From NCBI GenBank assembly GCA_036172245.1, contig JAYWIR010000007.1:1116001-1180000 (forward strand): a stretch of DNA of 64,000 nt, written 5' to 3'. This document shows, one piece after another, positions 13,574 through 26,763 of the stretch. The number at the start of each line of letters is the position of its first letter. Within the stretch, counting starts at the first letter, position 1. The notes beneath the pieces were generated by a model, which did no database searches, was not told where the DNA came from, and saw only the letters and a list, made by a program, of their open reading frames with translations. The stretch comes from Raillietiella orientalis. Taxonomy: Eukaryota. The translations under genes and the position numbers were made by a program.

Positions 13574-16500
13574 AAAAAAAAAAAAAAGAAAGAAAGAAAA
13601 GAAAAGAAAAAATGGTTGTTTGCTAGCAGCACCGACATCAGATATGCATCTTTCCGCATTCGGATCGCATCTGATCGTGACAGTGATTGTACGAACTGAT
13701 ACTCCTTCGGATCTTACTGCTGCTAACCACCATATCCAACACTTGCGTTTGGTCCTATGTATACGAAGTGATGGAAAGCAGACGATTGTCATTGACAAAA
13801 GGCATTTTTCCAAGAAAGAGACGTAACAGCATGAATAACAAACGACCCTGGACTCTTGCGACAACCACATTACCTCGTTCAAACAACAGGATTAATGAGC
13901 GTGGAAGAATGCGAAAATTTACACGGTCGTTGCCAGTGAGCTCTGCTAAGCAACGGCACATACGCAACACGCTCGTGCATTTCTTGCACACACGCCAGCA
14001 CTTCGTTAAAAGCTCGAGGCAGCGCGAGTTGGTTGAGCCCGCCCCCCCCCCCCTCCCCAGGGGGTAGAACCGCACGCTTCAAGACTTACTGCTTATTCTT
14101 CCCGTGGATGCAGATGGATGAAGGCACCACCTACAATAACCGACGGGGATCAAAAAACGCGACCGCACCGAGGAGAAGCTTCCTTTGCCGGGAAACGGAC
14201 ATCACGCACAGGCGCGTCTGCAACTGCGACGATGGCCGTTGCCACGACCGACATCCGATTTCCGTCCTAAGAGCAGCACTTCCGTCAGGCATTCAGAGAG
14301 AGGCTGCCACCATTTCCGTCCACCCGACTGCTTGCGTTGTATCTTTCCTTCATCACTCACTCGCTCTTCTTTTTCCTTTTCTTTTTTCATCACGAAAAAC
14401 CATTCCCATAGAATCCCTCTCCATGGCGTGGAGATTTTGGAACACGCCTTTGCTCCTGTTCCGTCAACAGACAAAAACGAGCGGGAGAGATCACTTCTTA
14501 GCTCACTGAGTAGACACTTCTACGATGGTTCTACTCGCTTCGAAGCAACCACTGGCCCGCCTTTAAGCGACGCAGTGATACCATTTAACACCCAGGCATC
14601 GTGCGAGATGAAACGTACCAACCCGTGTGCACTGTACACACGAATGTGCGGACTTTCCAATTCCTGCAATTCCTTCATTGGATTGCAGGCGCCTTCCGAT
14701 TTTTTTTTCTTTTTTTCTTTCTTTCTTTCTTTCGGGGGAGGATGCGCCCCAAACACATCTGAGAAGGACAACGTTCCTATTTTGTCCGTCGAAATCCAAG
14801 CGGAACTCTGTGCGCGAGTCACCGCACTGAACGAACCGTGTTGACCCTTTGAGTCACGTGTCACCAGCATGAAGAACAACACACTTTCGAGCTTTCGTCG
14901 CCGCCCGAATCAACCAAAATGATGATGATACACGGCAGAAGCACTGTGCTGACGGTGAATCTGCTAAGAAAGAGGGTAACTCGACGTGGGGGGGAAAGGG
15001 AGGAGGGGGAAAAAAAAAAAAAAAAAAAAAAAAATTCGGAGTACATGCGCGAGACGAGGAGGAGGACTGTCACAACGGATGATTTTCGACGGGGGGAATT
15101 CGCGCCAAGGAGTGCCAAACCCATCACCCCGAGCGACCCATCCATGCAACCCGAATGCGATCTTCATCTCTCAATACCCGCACTTATAACGCAACACTGC
15201 TGCATCCTCCTCCTCCTCCTCCTCCCCGAGTCTGCTTGCTACAGATCAGGCGCGTCCCCGTCATCCACACTACGCTTCCCACCCCTGCAGGCTGCTCGAT
15301 CTCGATCATGCAACGTCCCCAAGGACTGCAAGCGCGGCGCCAGAACTCCCCGAGTGCGCTCTGCCGGGGAGAACCCAACGTCGAACGGTCAATCGCCGGC
15401 ACGCGATGCTCGCCCGGCTGCTGACCAAAGTGCGCACACACTCCCATGGAGCGGCCGGCGAAAAATACGCTGCGCACCCGAAGCACCGCCGGAACGGACC
15501 TTGGGGGGGCGACTCGCTTGCCCTGCACCGGGGTAAACCCCCCACGGAACGACCGCGCTGAGAATTCCGCATGCAGCGGGCAGAGAGTTTCCGAGCTTTG
15601 CTTTGAGAGCTTAGGGGGAGGAGGAGGGCGTTCTCCAGCGGGTGGTGGCTCGAGGACGACTTGAGAAAACCACTTGAAAATTCACGTGGAATCCATTTCA
15701 CACCGCTCGTTTTCGCCTGCGGCAGAGGCGGCGGCGGCGGGGGGGGATCCTCCACGAAGCCAGGGATCAGAACGAACGATTTCATCCCGAAGGCGATTGG
15801 ATGAGCGGCTTTCCAGGAAGGCTTCCATTACATAAAACGGGCTTGGTGATTTCCAGCCGCGCATCAGCTCCCACTCGCAATACGGCCACGTCGGAAAAAC
15901 CCTTCCCCGCGGCGGCGGAAAAGAAAGAAAGAAAGAAAAAAACCGGGAAGGAGCACACAAAGTGGGCACTCACCCGGTGAACACCGCACGCATCGGCAAC
16001 GACCGAAATCGGAGGAGTACAAATACCCTGGCACTCTGCGAGCGGGAGGGAGCACGCACACGTACACGCCCAAAAAATCAACACGAGACTCTTCCGGGAA
16101 CACGCGACGAAAAAGGGGGAGAGCGGGCGGGACTCGGCCGCTGGGAGGGCGACTGAACGGTAACCAGAGTGCAGCCCCCCCTCCCCTCTTCTGCTTCAAG
16201 AGCTCGACCCCCAGAAGGTCCCCAGCAGCGTTGAAGACGAGACGGAAGCTGCACGTCCGCGTGCACATCTCGAAGCAATAAGTTTCGGGCATTCCCAGGT
16301 CACTGTGGAGGGCCGGCCACGCGTCCGAGGGACGCGGGAAGGAAGCTTCTCCCGTCCGAACGCTTTCCAAAAGCGCACGAATCCGCAGGGAAGAATCGCC
16401 TCCACGGACTCGCACGGATTCCCGAGCGGGAATGCGGCTGCTGCTGCCACGGCGCAGCTTTCCGCGGTGTACACGGAAAAGCGCGGCCGACTGCCTCGAG

Positions 16501-17736
16501 TGCTCGCAGCCGTTCAGCAGCAGCAAAGTACGCGCGCGACGGCGGTGCGTCGCTCTTTCGGCTCGCGTCGGCACACCGAGCAACACATCCGACACGGACG
16601 TCGCTCGACGCTTGCGAATCGCACTCGGATGGTTCGCGGGATTCATGAGACCAGATTCTCATCCTTCCTACTCTCACGAAACTGGTCGTGAGTCGCCCCG
16701 CGACGGACCTCGGTGGCTTTTCTTCCATCATGGGTTATTCTCGACAGGTAGAAGAAGAAGAAGAAGAAGAAGAAGAAAAAAGGGGCATCCACTGAACTGG
16801 AAGTGACCTGCAGACTCTGTAGTATGGCAACGGAAAAGAATCTCATTGCCGCTGCGCAACCCCATCACACAAAAAGCCGGCTGGGATGAAAACGACGCGG
16901 TAACGCAACGCTACCCCCCCCCCCCCGACCCAACCCATTTCGCATGCACGCTGTCTTCGGCGGAGAACACATGCTGCGATCAAAACACGTGCACCCCTGG
17001 AAAGAAAGAGTGCAAATACCTGCAACAACCGCGATGCCGCCTGAAAGTCGATGGCATCCGATGCAACACAAATGATTTCCGCCAGGAAAAATCCCGAACG
17101 CATCTCGCAAGACATCAGCAAAGATCCTAGCAACGCAAATGTTACAAGGAATCATAAAGCTACGGGGAAGGCGGATCGTCATGGGGGGGGGGGGGGGAGA
17201 GAGAGAGAGGGATGCTTATGCAGCTGCTTGCGTGTGGCTGCTCTGCCTCGCGTGGGTTCGCCTATTCCGCCATGCCCGGGGGGTCCGAAAACACCCGCGA
17301 AGCCCTACACGAACGGCATTGGATCTCCGATGGCACGGGAAAGTGCGCAGAGGGCGCCGCATCATCCTTTTTGCCAAAAAGCAGTAAGGATTTTCGTAAG
17401 CGCCTTCAGGGCACACCTCAACACGACACACGACCAGCCCAGGCAAAACTCCTCCTGCAAATGTGCTACTACGTCAACAGGAACCGGCTAAAAGAAAAAA
17501 AAAAAAAACGAAAAAACGAAAAAACGGAAAATAAATAAATAAGTAAATAAACAAAAAGGAAGCAGATGGCAAGCAACGAGTAACGGGCAAAACGAATTTC
17601 CAATACGACACGTACAGAGTCCATCGGTTCGTCAGGTGGGGGGTGGGGGGTGGGGGGAACGGATACTTCTCTCGTCATACATACCTCGAGGGAAGAAAGC
17701 ACGTCCATAATTTGGGCCCACTAAAGAGATTTCGCA

Positions 17737-20700
17737 TTATTTTATGTTCGTCTGGCTGCACAGGAAGGCGAACGCTACCAACAGTGCGGTGAAGTTGACA
17801 TCTAGGAGGAAGGGGGAGGGATGGAGGTGACTGCAAACACTGCAACCCCCTCCCCCCCCCGCCGCCCTGTACTCACCCACAGCCATTCTTTGCAAGATTG
17901 CCGGAACGGTCTTGGGGACATCCAGGAACAGCATGAAAACGATGTAGCAGCCCAAAACAACAGGCACGTTGAAAAGCGAGTACACTTTTGTTTTCAGTTG
18001 GTCATCAAACCTGGACTGAAACGAAAGTACGATCAGCGTACCTCGGGAGACGGCGAAAAAGCCTTGGAGCGAAAACCGCGGGAAAACGGAGGGCAAAAGG
18101 AATACGCAGCGGAACGGGAAGATCGCCGAAAGGCTTTCCGGAATGGCAACCGTCCACTCTTGCGACAGCGAACTCCGCTCAAAAGCAGCACACTTTCCGT
18201 CAGAGAAATCGTCGATCGGTCGGCCTCCGTCTGGAAGGGGCGCACCGCTCGGTGCACGGCGACTCCGAAACGACCAGACGTGAGATGACCGCACAGGGAA
18301 AAGCGGGATGGGAGGGGGTGAGCCGGGCCAAAAAATCATCTTGATGACCGAAGTTTTTGAGCACTTCCGAAGTCTCGAATCGTTCGAGGAGGGAAGGGGG
18401 GGGGGGGGGGGAAGGGGAAACCATTTTGAAAATACAGCGCCAGAGACGACTTTGGCGAAAGGAGAAAGGAAAGAAAAAAAAAAAAAAAAAGGGAAAATGC
18501 ACAGTAATGCTCCTCATCTGACGTGGAAGATCTCACGCTCGGTCCTGCCCACAGCGTGCGTGCACTCACTTGGAACGCGTGCCAACGCTCCCGGCGAGAC
18601 AGGCGGTGGAAAACGTACTCGGCCGTGGTAATTATACAGTTTATCACGGTCCAATACAGTACGGTGTCGTACAATCCGTGCCAGAAATAAATGAAGGTGT
18701 ACGTCGCCAAAACAGCCGTTATGTAATTAAAGGACTCCCTCATCGGTTTGTAGATGTTCCTGAAAACAAAAGCTCAGTTAGAAACGAAAAACAAAAACAA
18801 ACAGCATGATCGCACATGATGGATTCCGCAAGCCTTATAGCGCACAACGACCTTTCGACCTTTATAAGCACCCCAAATTTGTGCCGATTCCACTCAACTG
18901 AACCAAAATTTCGTAGCACGAATAGAAAACTAAAAATGCAATTGCAAATAGGTCGCTTCTTCCAAGGGCTGGAAACAACGTACAGATCAACAGCCAAAAC
19001 AAATCAGAATTATCTTGAAAGACGCGGAATAAAAGGTAGTTCGAGGTGGTATGAAGTGGTAGGGGGTGGTGGGGGTGGGGGGACCCTGCAAACTTCCAAC
19101 AGCAGAGAATCTACGCTTTTAGTACAGACACACGACCAACAGTGCTACAACGCTTTCCTGCAACGAGGCGCGCTGAAATGCCAAGAAGGACACGTGAAGG
19201 TTTCACAGGAGGGCACTTTGGGGGTGATGTCCGGCCACCTCGTACATTTCGCTCTTGCGTACACAACAAGTACACCGCAACCCGGCGCGAAGGACACACC
19301 GAGACGTCTCCACCGGCCGCCGGCAGAGATCCGAGTTCCGCCCGGCCCCACCCCACTGCCGCAGCGGGCTGCGACCTCTTCTTCGACCTGCACCGTTTCC
19401 ACTGCTGCCCAGGGGGAAAAAGTCGGACACGCCCGTTCTTGCCTTGCAGCGTGTGCAAGGCAAGAACGGGCGCGCGCGCGGACGAAAACGTCGCCGCCGA
19501 CACGCGACCCGAGGGTGCGCTCAAGAGGCGGTCAACGTTTAGGTCAGGCGATCCTCTCGACTAGCGTTGGCAACGCGCTTACGTCGCTCGGACGATATTG
19601 TGGTGATTACCTTCGACACAGAGCAATGAGCCCAAATTACTAGCGCGCCCCCTCTCGTTCCGGGCAGGGAGAGAGCGAAAAGTGGCCGGAAGTGGGAAGC
19701 ACAGTGCTGCCGACAATTCGCGATGGCCGTTTCTCAACTCAACGGCTCCCTAATGTTACGAGCGGCCGAATGGTGGCAGACGCAAAGTGGGACTGAATGG
19801 GTTCTTGCATAACCTGCTCTCGGTTTGGGCCTTGGCTGGTCCGAAAGGCTCAGCATGGTTTCACGCCAGGCCTATTTCCCCATTTCAGGCCAACCACTCC
19901 GCTTATGTTCCGGGTGACTTTCGAAATCTCATATGGAGGGATGAGTCTGTCTCCTAAAGTTTCAAAAGGGAAAAAAAAAAAAAAAAGGAAAAAAAAAAAG
20001 AAACTTTCAAGCTTTCCGAGTTTCCTGTTGCACCCTTCCGAAGGTAACTGATCGTCGTTCGTCAAGAAATGGAACAGCAAACGGTCCATCTGTCATTTCC
20101 ATCCATTTCAAGCGCAGCCTTTCCGTACCAAAGTCAATTACCACAGCAAGCTTTTCGAGAAGAGATTTATCATCGGCTTTCGATTCACCTTGAAGTCCGT
20201 GTTCTCTCGCGATTCAAGGTCGCTCGTTCAGTGTCAGTTGCGCGCCCGCATTCTTGAATAAATCCGAATGGTGCACATGTGCGGCGAGAACTGCTGCTGA
20301 CCTGCTGACGTTCAACACCGGTTCAATTTGACCCGAGTTCGCGAGTGGCCGCCGAACTCTTCATCAGCCCAAGTGCACCACGGAAGCTGCAGTCCCATTC
20401 GTTTGCCCCGCTCGCTGCCGGATGATTCTGAGCACTCGTTTACCTGATCTGCTACTCATGTTTTAAAGAGATGCATTTATAGAGATGACCAGAGGCCGCA
20501 ATGGACAAGGGATAGAGGCAGCCAGGAATCGCCTCATCCGCAGCTCACGAATCTTCCGTTTCTTTCGTTTTCTCTTCATTTCCTCTTAATATCCGCCTTG
20601 AGCTGATGACGGTGAAAGAGAGATTTTTGATTGTCCGCGGAGGAGCTCCGCAATGCCTTCAACGGTCACGCCCTTTTTTTTCTTACTTCAATCCTTCAAC

Positions 20701-23700
20701 CCATTCGAGTGAATCTGAACAAAAATCTCGCCCTGCTATGCATTCCTCGACAGTTTTCCTCCCACTGTTTTTCATGGTAAAAGTTTTGCATCCCCTTCGC
20801 GGTTCGTGGCTCGTGGAAAAAGTTCCCCACGTGATTACGTGCCATGAGTACCCATTTTCCGGCGAAATGTTCCGTGGGGCGTCGAAGGCCGAAGAGACTC
20901 TTGCTGGCTATCGAAACTCGACTTCATTCCCGGGTCCATTAAGAGGAAGCCCATGAGATCGTTTCGCCTTCGGGTAAATTTTTCCTTTCCATCCCAGCCT
21001 GGTAGATGTGCTCGCGCTGTTTACATGTTGTGTGCACTTTCCCAGCAATGTTGGTGATTAATGGCCGCAGTTCCCCTTCTCGCTTTGAATAGAAACGTCA
21101 CATTTGTGTACGTGCAAGCCACGTTTTCCATTCATCAGCTGGCCACTTTGCGGGAATTCGCTTCTGAGCTGCCACCTGGCAGTATGTACGCAAAAGACTT
21201 TAACCGATCGTTGCGTTTCGAGCACCTTGGCAGGGAACATTTCCATCGGAACGGAAGCTGACGTAAGGTTGGCTCTCTACCGATTTCCTTCAAGTATTAA
21301 CAGGAATTTCTCGAATGGGGGCGATGGTCATTAACTGCCGAGCCAAGCAGCACTTGGCTGATGAGGAAGTACACGCACATCGCGAGCAGCCGTAAGCAGC
21401 AAAAACAGATTTTATACCGAGAAAGAAAGGAAGAAAAAAGAAAAAAAAAAAAAAAAAAAGGAGGGGGGAAGTGCCATACGGTCAACAACGTACGAGACCT
21501 TTTCTTAAGACTGTGAAAAAACTCGAAAACGCAACCTCGTATTGCGACAACATTCGAAGATGCAAAGAGACTTCTTCCCGGCGGATGTGCACGGAGTTCG
21601 TCATGCAAAACTTTAAATGGACACGAAACGCTTAAACCGATGCTTTTTTTTTTTTTTTTTTTTTTTTTTTAAGTGCAAGACACTGACTTGCCTCTACTTG
21701 CGTGTAAGGCGGTGGCCCCGCACTCGCGTAAAGGCATTCTTACAACGACCCCAGACATGCGTGATTGCTTCCATGATCAGTCGAGATCCTTCAGCAATGT
21801 GTATAACGACAAGATAAAAAATTACCAACACGCTGACTGTAGAGTTTCATCATTTTCGACATTTAAGAGCTGAGCTCGCTATCTGCTTTCCGTTCCACAT
21901 TCTCAAGAAAATCACTTAAAGAGAAGAAACACTTCGAGGTTTCGGTAAGATCACTCTTGAACCAAAATGGACGTCGGCGCTGATGTATACGTGAAAAATA
22001 ATAGAAATTCTGCTGATGGCACTATGATGAAACGGACGCTTTCGATGAATCCTCTGCGGCAGGCCCTCTGTACGACTACGGGGAAGCGTCAAGAGCACCG
22101 TAAAAGTCAAGGCACTGCAAAGGGCAATACGGGGAGATTACAATCAGAAGAAGATAGAATCACGATCGAGCCCGTGAGTATTCGCCAGTCCCACTGCCCA
22201 AGTGGAAAAAGGCTTTGAAACGGTTCGATACATCGAAAGCCCGTGTTCCATGCGTTACCACTCAAAGGATGTGCGGTTGCTAAGGAGCCCCAAAGTCGCT
22301 TACGCCCAAAACAACATCTCGAACCCCACAAAAGGATGCTTTGTAAAGAGCGCATAAGGAAAGTGCATAAGTCTTTTTTGGAACAAAGGCAAGGCCGACG
22401 AGCATGACAAAACAAACTATACATCAGTATACATAATCGTCAGATTTGCGAAAAGTATTTGAAACCAGAAAAAAGTACACAAAATGACGACGACGACGAC
22501 GACGACACAAAACATTCAAAACAGAAAACTACGAAGGAAAAACAAAAAAAAAAAAAAACAAAACTTACTTATGCATAAACTGATGTAATCCGACATCAAA
22601 AGTTTTCCATAAATCCCGTAAAGTATATATAGTGTATATACAGCGGGGTGTGTGCGGAGTGTTAATACCTTCTATTTCGGCTATGCTTCCGGGGAAACCG
22701 TAGAAAACCAAATATTTTAAATAAAAAAATGTAGCACTACATAAAATGAAGCCGAAAAGTTCATATGAATTCATAGTATCAATCAGTTGGGGTTTATATC
22801 TAATGGGATTTGTTGGCAAAAAAGCAACAAACAATTGGGTCAAAACCCACCACGAACAACACAATCCAAAGGCCCATAAGAACCGAAGTGAGGTCCGTTT
22901 TGACAACACGTTTTCCTTTCTTACCTAAAACAGAATACAGCATTTGTCAGCACCTAATGCATTAAACCTTAAGACGATAAATAAATAATGAAGTCCGCAA
23001 GCAACGGACCTGCGACACCTCCCCCCCTCCCCCCGAAATGATGTTGCGATTGCGATTTGGAGTCATGCGAAGAAGACGCACAAGGTCGCTTCGTGTACAG
23101 TTTTCCCAAAGTCCTCGAACGTGCACATCAAAAGTGGACACAGCGAAGTGCCCCACCAGGCAACACAGACACTTTGGCGACACTTCACGTACTTTCAGCA
23201 CGCACTGCGGATGGAGAGGAAAGAAGACGCGATGACGCTTAAGGGGAGGAGGAGGGGGGGGGCAGCCACGGTCCAGATCGGGCCGGGGGATTCGGGACTT
23301 TCCGAAAGCCGTCTTTGAGCAGCTGGAGCACCGGCTTCCAGCTAGCTCTCTTCCCCGTTCGAACGCTGGCGATCTTTCACCCATTCGAAGGGGAGGGGGG
23401 GAATCAAACACTTCCTGAAACACGAAATGTACGCGCTTGGTACAGAGATGACTTGAAAATTAATACCTAGCATTTATTCGTTGCATGAAATTTCTGCCGC
23501 AAAACTCCCTCAAAGCCGCATCGAGGTTTCGGTTTAGCAGCGACAAGGAGATGACTGCTGCAACTTTTGCAAAGAAACATTCGTGGGAAAGTTGGGATAG
23601 AAAGGCGGTCAGTAGCAAATTTCCGGAAGACGAAATGCAACATAAAAAAAAAAAAAAATTCCATTCTCAGATTCCTGACGGCCGCAAAGCTTGCACACAT

Positions 23701-26639
23701 TTAACACAGAAGGAATGGCGGAAGGATGGAGGAAAACAAGGAAATTACAGAAACTGAAGGTTACAAAAACAATTACACAGTGTCCCCAGGAATCCGGTTG
23801 CAACAGGTAAGGGTATTTAAGAATTCTCTGGGCAGATTTCGAAAAAAAAAACAAAAACAAAAACAAAAACGGGCACAGATATAAAATCATCTTTTCATGC
23901 TGCATTATCAAGTAATCCTACATCCATCAAAACGAAATTTTTCAGGGATACATTCGGCCTTACAATGAAAGCGTAAAAGAAAGAATATGTCTTTAAAGTC
24001 TCATATTCTGAATTGGCCACAGCCCTCTTAGAAGCATCCAACAAGCCTTAACAGCCAATGAATAGGAAACCGGTTGACAGTCTGGGGGTTTTCACAGATT
24101 CTGATTAAGCCCTTCTCTACCACGTAACCATAAGACAGTTTAGCAATAGCAAATTTTCTAGCTCCTCCTGTTCTGCAACACTGTCATTGCCCATTAGATG
24201 ACAATTGTAGGATTTTCCTTGGTGGGGCCAATAGTTACTTCAATAAATGCAACTCACCTGAAATCTGAAAGTAACCGATTTAAAGGGATTAAAAATGCAT
24301 TCTCCAATCCTAAGACATTCCTGATGGCAGACTGCCTGGTACTCAATCGCATGACTCAATTTCTGTAATTATATCTACTCGAGAAATCGCTTCCACCTTT
24401 TCTTGGCCAACTGCACCACTGACATCAATTGTATCAGATTCTAACTGAAAAACCCACCTATCCTATCCACTTTTCCCTCTTCATAGGGAAGCCAAATTTT
24501 CTACGCGTATTTTTATATTGGTCAGAATTCGCACTTCTTACAAAGACGGAACACTAAGTATTTGCATAAACAGAATATCAATTCTTAATGGATCCTACTG
24601 ACTGATCGTACTGACTCAATAATCTGCATTAAATAATGCATAGTTTCAACGAATATTTTAAAAATGTTTTAAGGAATTGAAATTTTGTGAAGCTCTGTTG
24701 AAAACGAGTAAGATATTTTATCAGTGTAAGTAATATGAAATTTGATATATCTAATCTTTAAAAAATTATATATATATATATATGGATGAAAATTATAGGG
24801 GAACACAACACAACACTCCCAGAGGACAACTTCATGAATTTTCTTTTAGCTTTGATATATATATGTAATTTTGTTCAGCTCACCAAATATTTATAAATTT
24901 CAGGTACATGATGCACTGCAAGCTAAGGAATCTCAAACTAAATAGGAAGGTAATCTCAAGAAATAAAATGTTTCACATTACAAACAAGTTACTCTTATGT
25001 AATAATGATACTTTTGTCTCAAGTCTTTCACCCTTCTCCATACCCTAACAATATTATCAATAATTCAAGATGAACTCTCATTTTCCGAAAGAAAACTCTG
25101 CCTGTCATTCATCATGAATTTTTAGTAAAATTATTTATACATCAACAATCTTTGACTTCATCTTAATTTCTGTACTGCAGCATAAATATTACAAATGATA
25201 ATTACATCATGTAATAAAAGAAATCAAGTGGAAACTGTTTCAACATCAAATGGAAACTAATAAAATACAAAAAAAATTTCAAAAACAAACAAAACTCTCA
25301 ATCCAACAACCAGCTACATAGCCTCCTGCATGCCTCATTCAGAACTGTGGACGTGATTTACTTCTGCAAACAGTATTCTAATTAGCCTTACATTACAACA
25401 CTGATACATGTTTAGGTAGTATTATCTCGAGAATCTTTTCACTTTTCAAAATGTGTTTGCATAATTGCACACATAATAGCAAATGAAAGATCAAATACAA
25501 TTTTCTGTTTCTAATTTTACATGGATAGATCAAAATACAAAAACGAAAATTCTTTTACCCATCTGAAATTGAAAAAGTAACGAACAAAGAAATTGGTCTA
25601 CTTACCTAAATTAAAAAAATAAGTTTTTTTAAGAGTAGATTTAATAATTTAAGTGATTGAATACTTACTCCTTTTTCAAATTCCACATATGAGATCAAAG
25701 GACCCATAAAAAGAAAGGGTAGGTATAATGCATATGACATTTTATATATAAATTCTTGATAGAAGTGAAACTTAGCCACATACACAGTGTGTAAAGACAA
25801 ATCCAAACTACGTGCCCAAGTCCACATTAACAATATCATAAAATGGTAGGCTGCTGCTCCATATTGCACACTAACTGAAAACTAATTTGGATAAAGGTCG
25901 AATGGAGACATTGAAAATGGATATGCTCATTATTTATTTTAATAACATTATGAAAATACTTACGCTAAAGCTTTCCCTTATGATGGCAAGGAAAAGTAAA
26001 GAAGAGACCACATATACAAAAGCTTCCGTTTTCCACATTGCAACTATATATAACGATACTGGGATAAACAGAATGGCAAGAAATGATAAAAAGCCAAATA
26101 ATTCAATGGTACACAAACTTGAAACGCATATATAAAACATTGGTAGCATCTGAAACAAACACTCTGTTTACAATGTTAGAATTGGTTACATCATAAAAAA
26201 CATTTATGAAGTGAATACTCACATCAATTTGGTATAACCTGACAACAAAAGATCCAACTGCGTTCACACAGAGAAATGGTAAAACATTAACAAGCAGCTC
26301 ATTGTAATAGAACCATTCTTCCCCGGAAATATACAATGTGTTACGCCAGAAGGATACACTCTCAAATGTGGATACTTCAAGACGATAGGATAGACCTGTT
26401 GGGTTAAAGAATTTCATTAATTTCTTGTAGATTAAGTATAGACATGAGGACTCATTTCTCTTTCCTTTCTTTCAAAATGCGATTAAAAATTCATTTCAGG
26501 ATGATATCGATAACATGAAGACTTCCTTACCACTACAAAAAACATAGTAGTGCCAAACGAAAAATATGGTTAACCCAAGATAAAGAATACGAAGAATGCT
26601 GCATCCCAACAGTTTTCTTGTATGTACACACCACACCAT
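17737..26639 (-). CDS. HHAT: Protein-cysteine N-palmitoyltransferase HHAT-like (MBOAT family, Hedgehog acyltransferase/Rasp/GUP1 group), ~476 aa, 8 exons
   Basis: Exons in transcription order: 26639-26531, 26395-26223, 26149-25964, 25881-25669, 22924-22569, 18759-18570, 18015-17877, 17801-17737. All introns are GT-AG with consistent phases; total 1431 nt. Multi-TM hydrophobic protein with MBOAT/HHAT motifs YALYLPFLFMGPLISY, FFYLKYLVFYG, PRCI, LWKTFDVGLHQFMHKNIYKP and FIYFWHG (catalytic His retained, unlike HHATL). Confidence 0.9.
19200..19410 (+). mobile_element. Possible highly decayed L1/Tx1-type zinc-knuckle remnant in HHAT intron 5
   Basis: Reads GHLVHFAL ... PHCRSG ... LFFD(C)T with frameshifts, resembling CxxC...HLFFxC; weak. 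Confidence 0.25.
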
Positions 26640-26763
26640 TTGGAAATAGACGGTGCTACTTCCTAGCTCATCACCGATCATTCATGTGTATTCTTCGCGC
26701 ACAGGTCAAATTTACGAAACACGCAGTACCAAAACTTGAGGACTTCTTAAAATCCCTATAAAT

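Noticed and set aside
9344..19643. Long six-frame ORFs (e.g. 9344-9958, 13179-13826, 14185-14844, 14919-15536, 15864-16646, 18816-19643)
   Set aside because: They overlap on both strands in GC-rich DNA, translate homopolymers and microsatellites (poly-K/F/P/G, THTH), and show no motif or exon chain; only the parts used as HHAT exons are supported.
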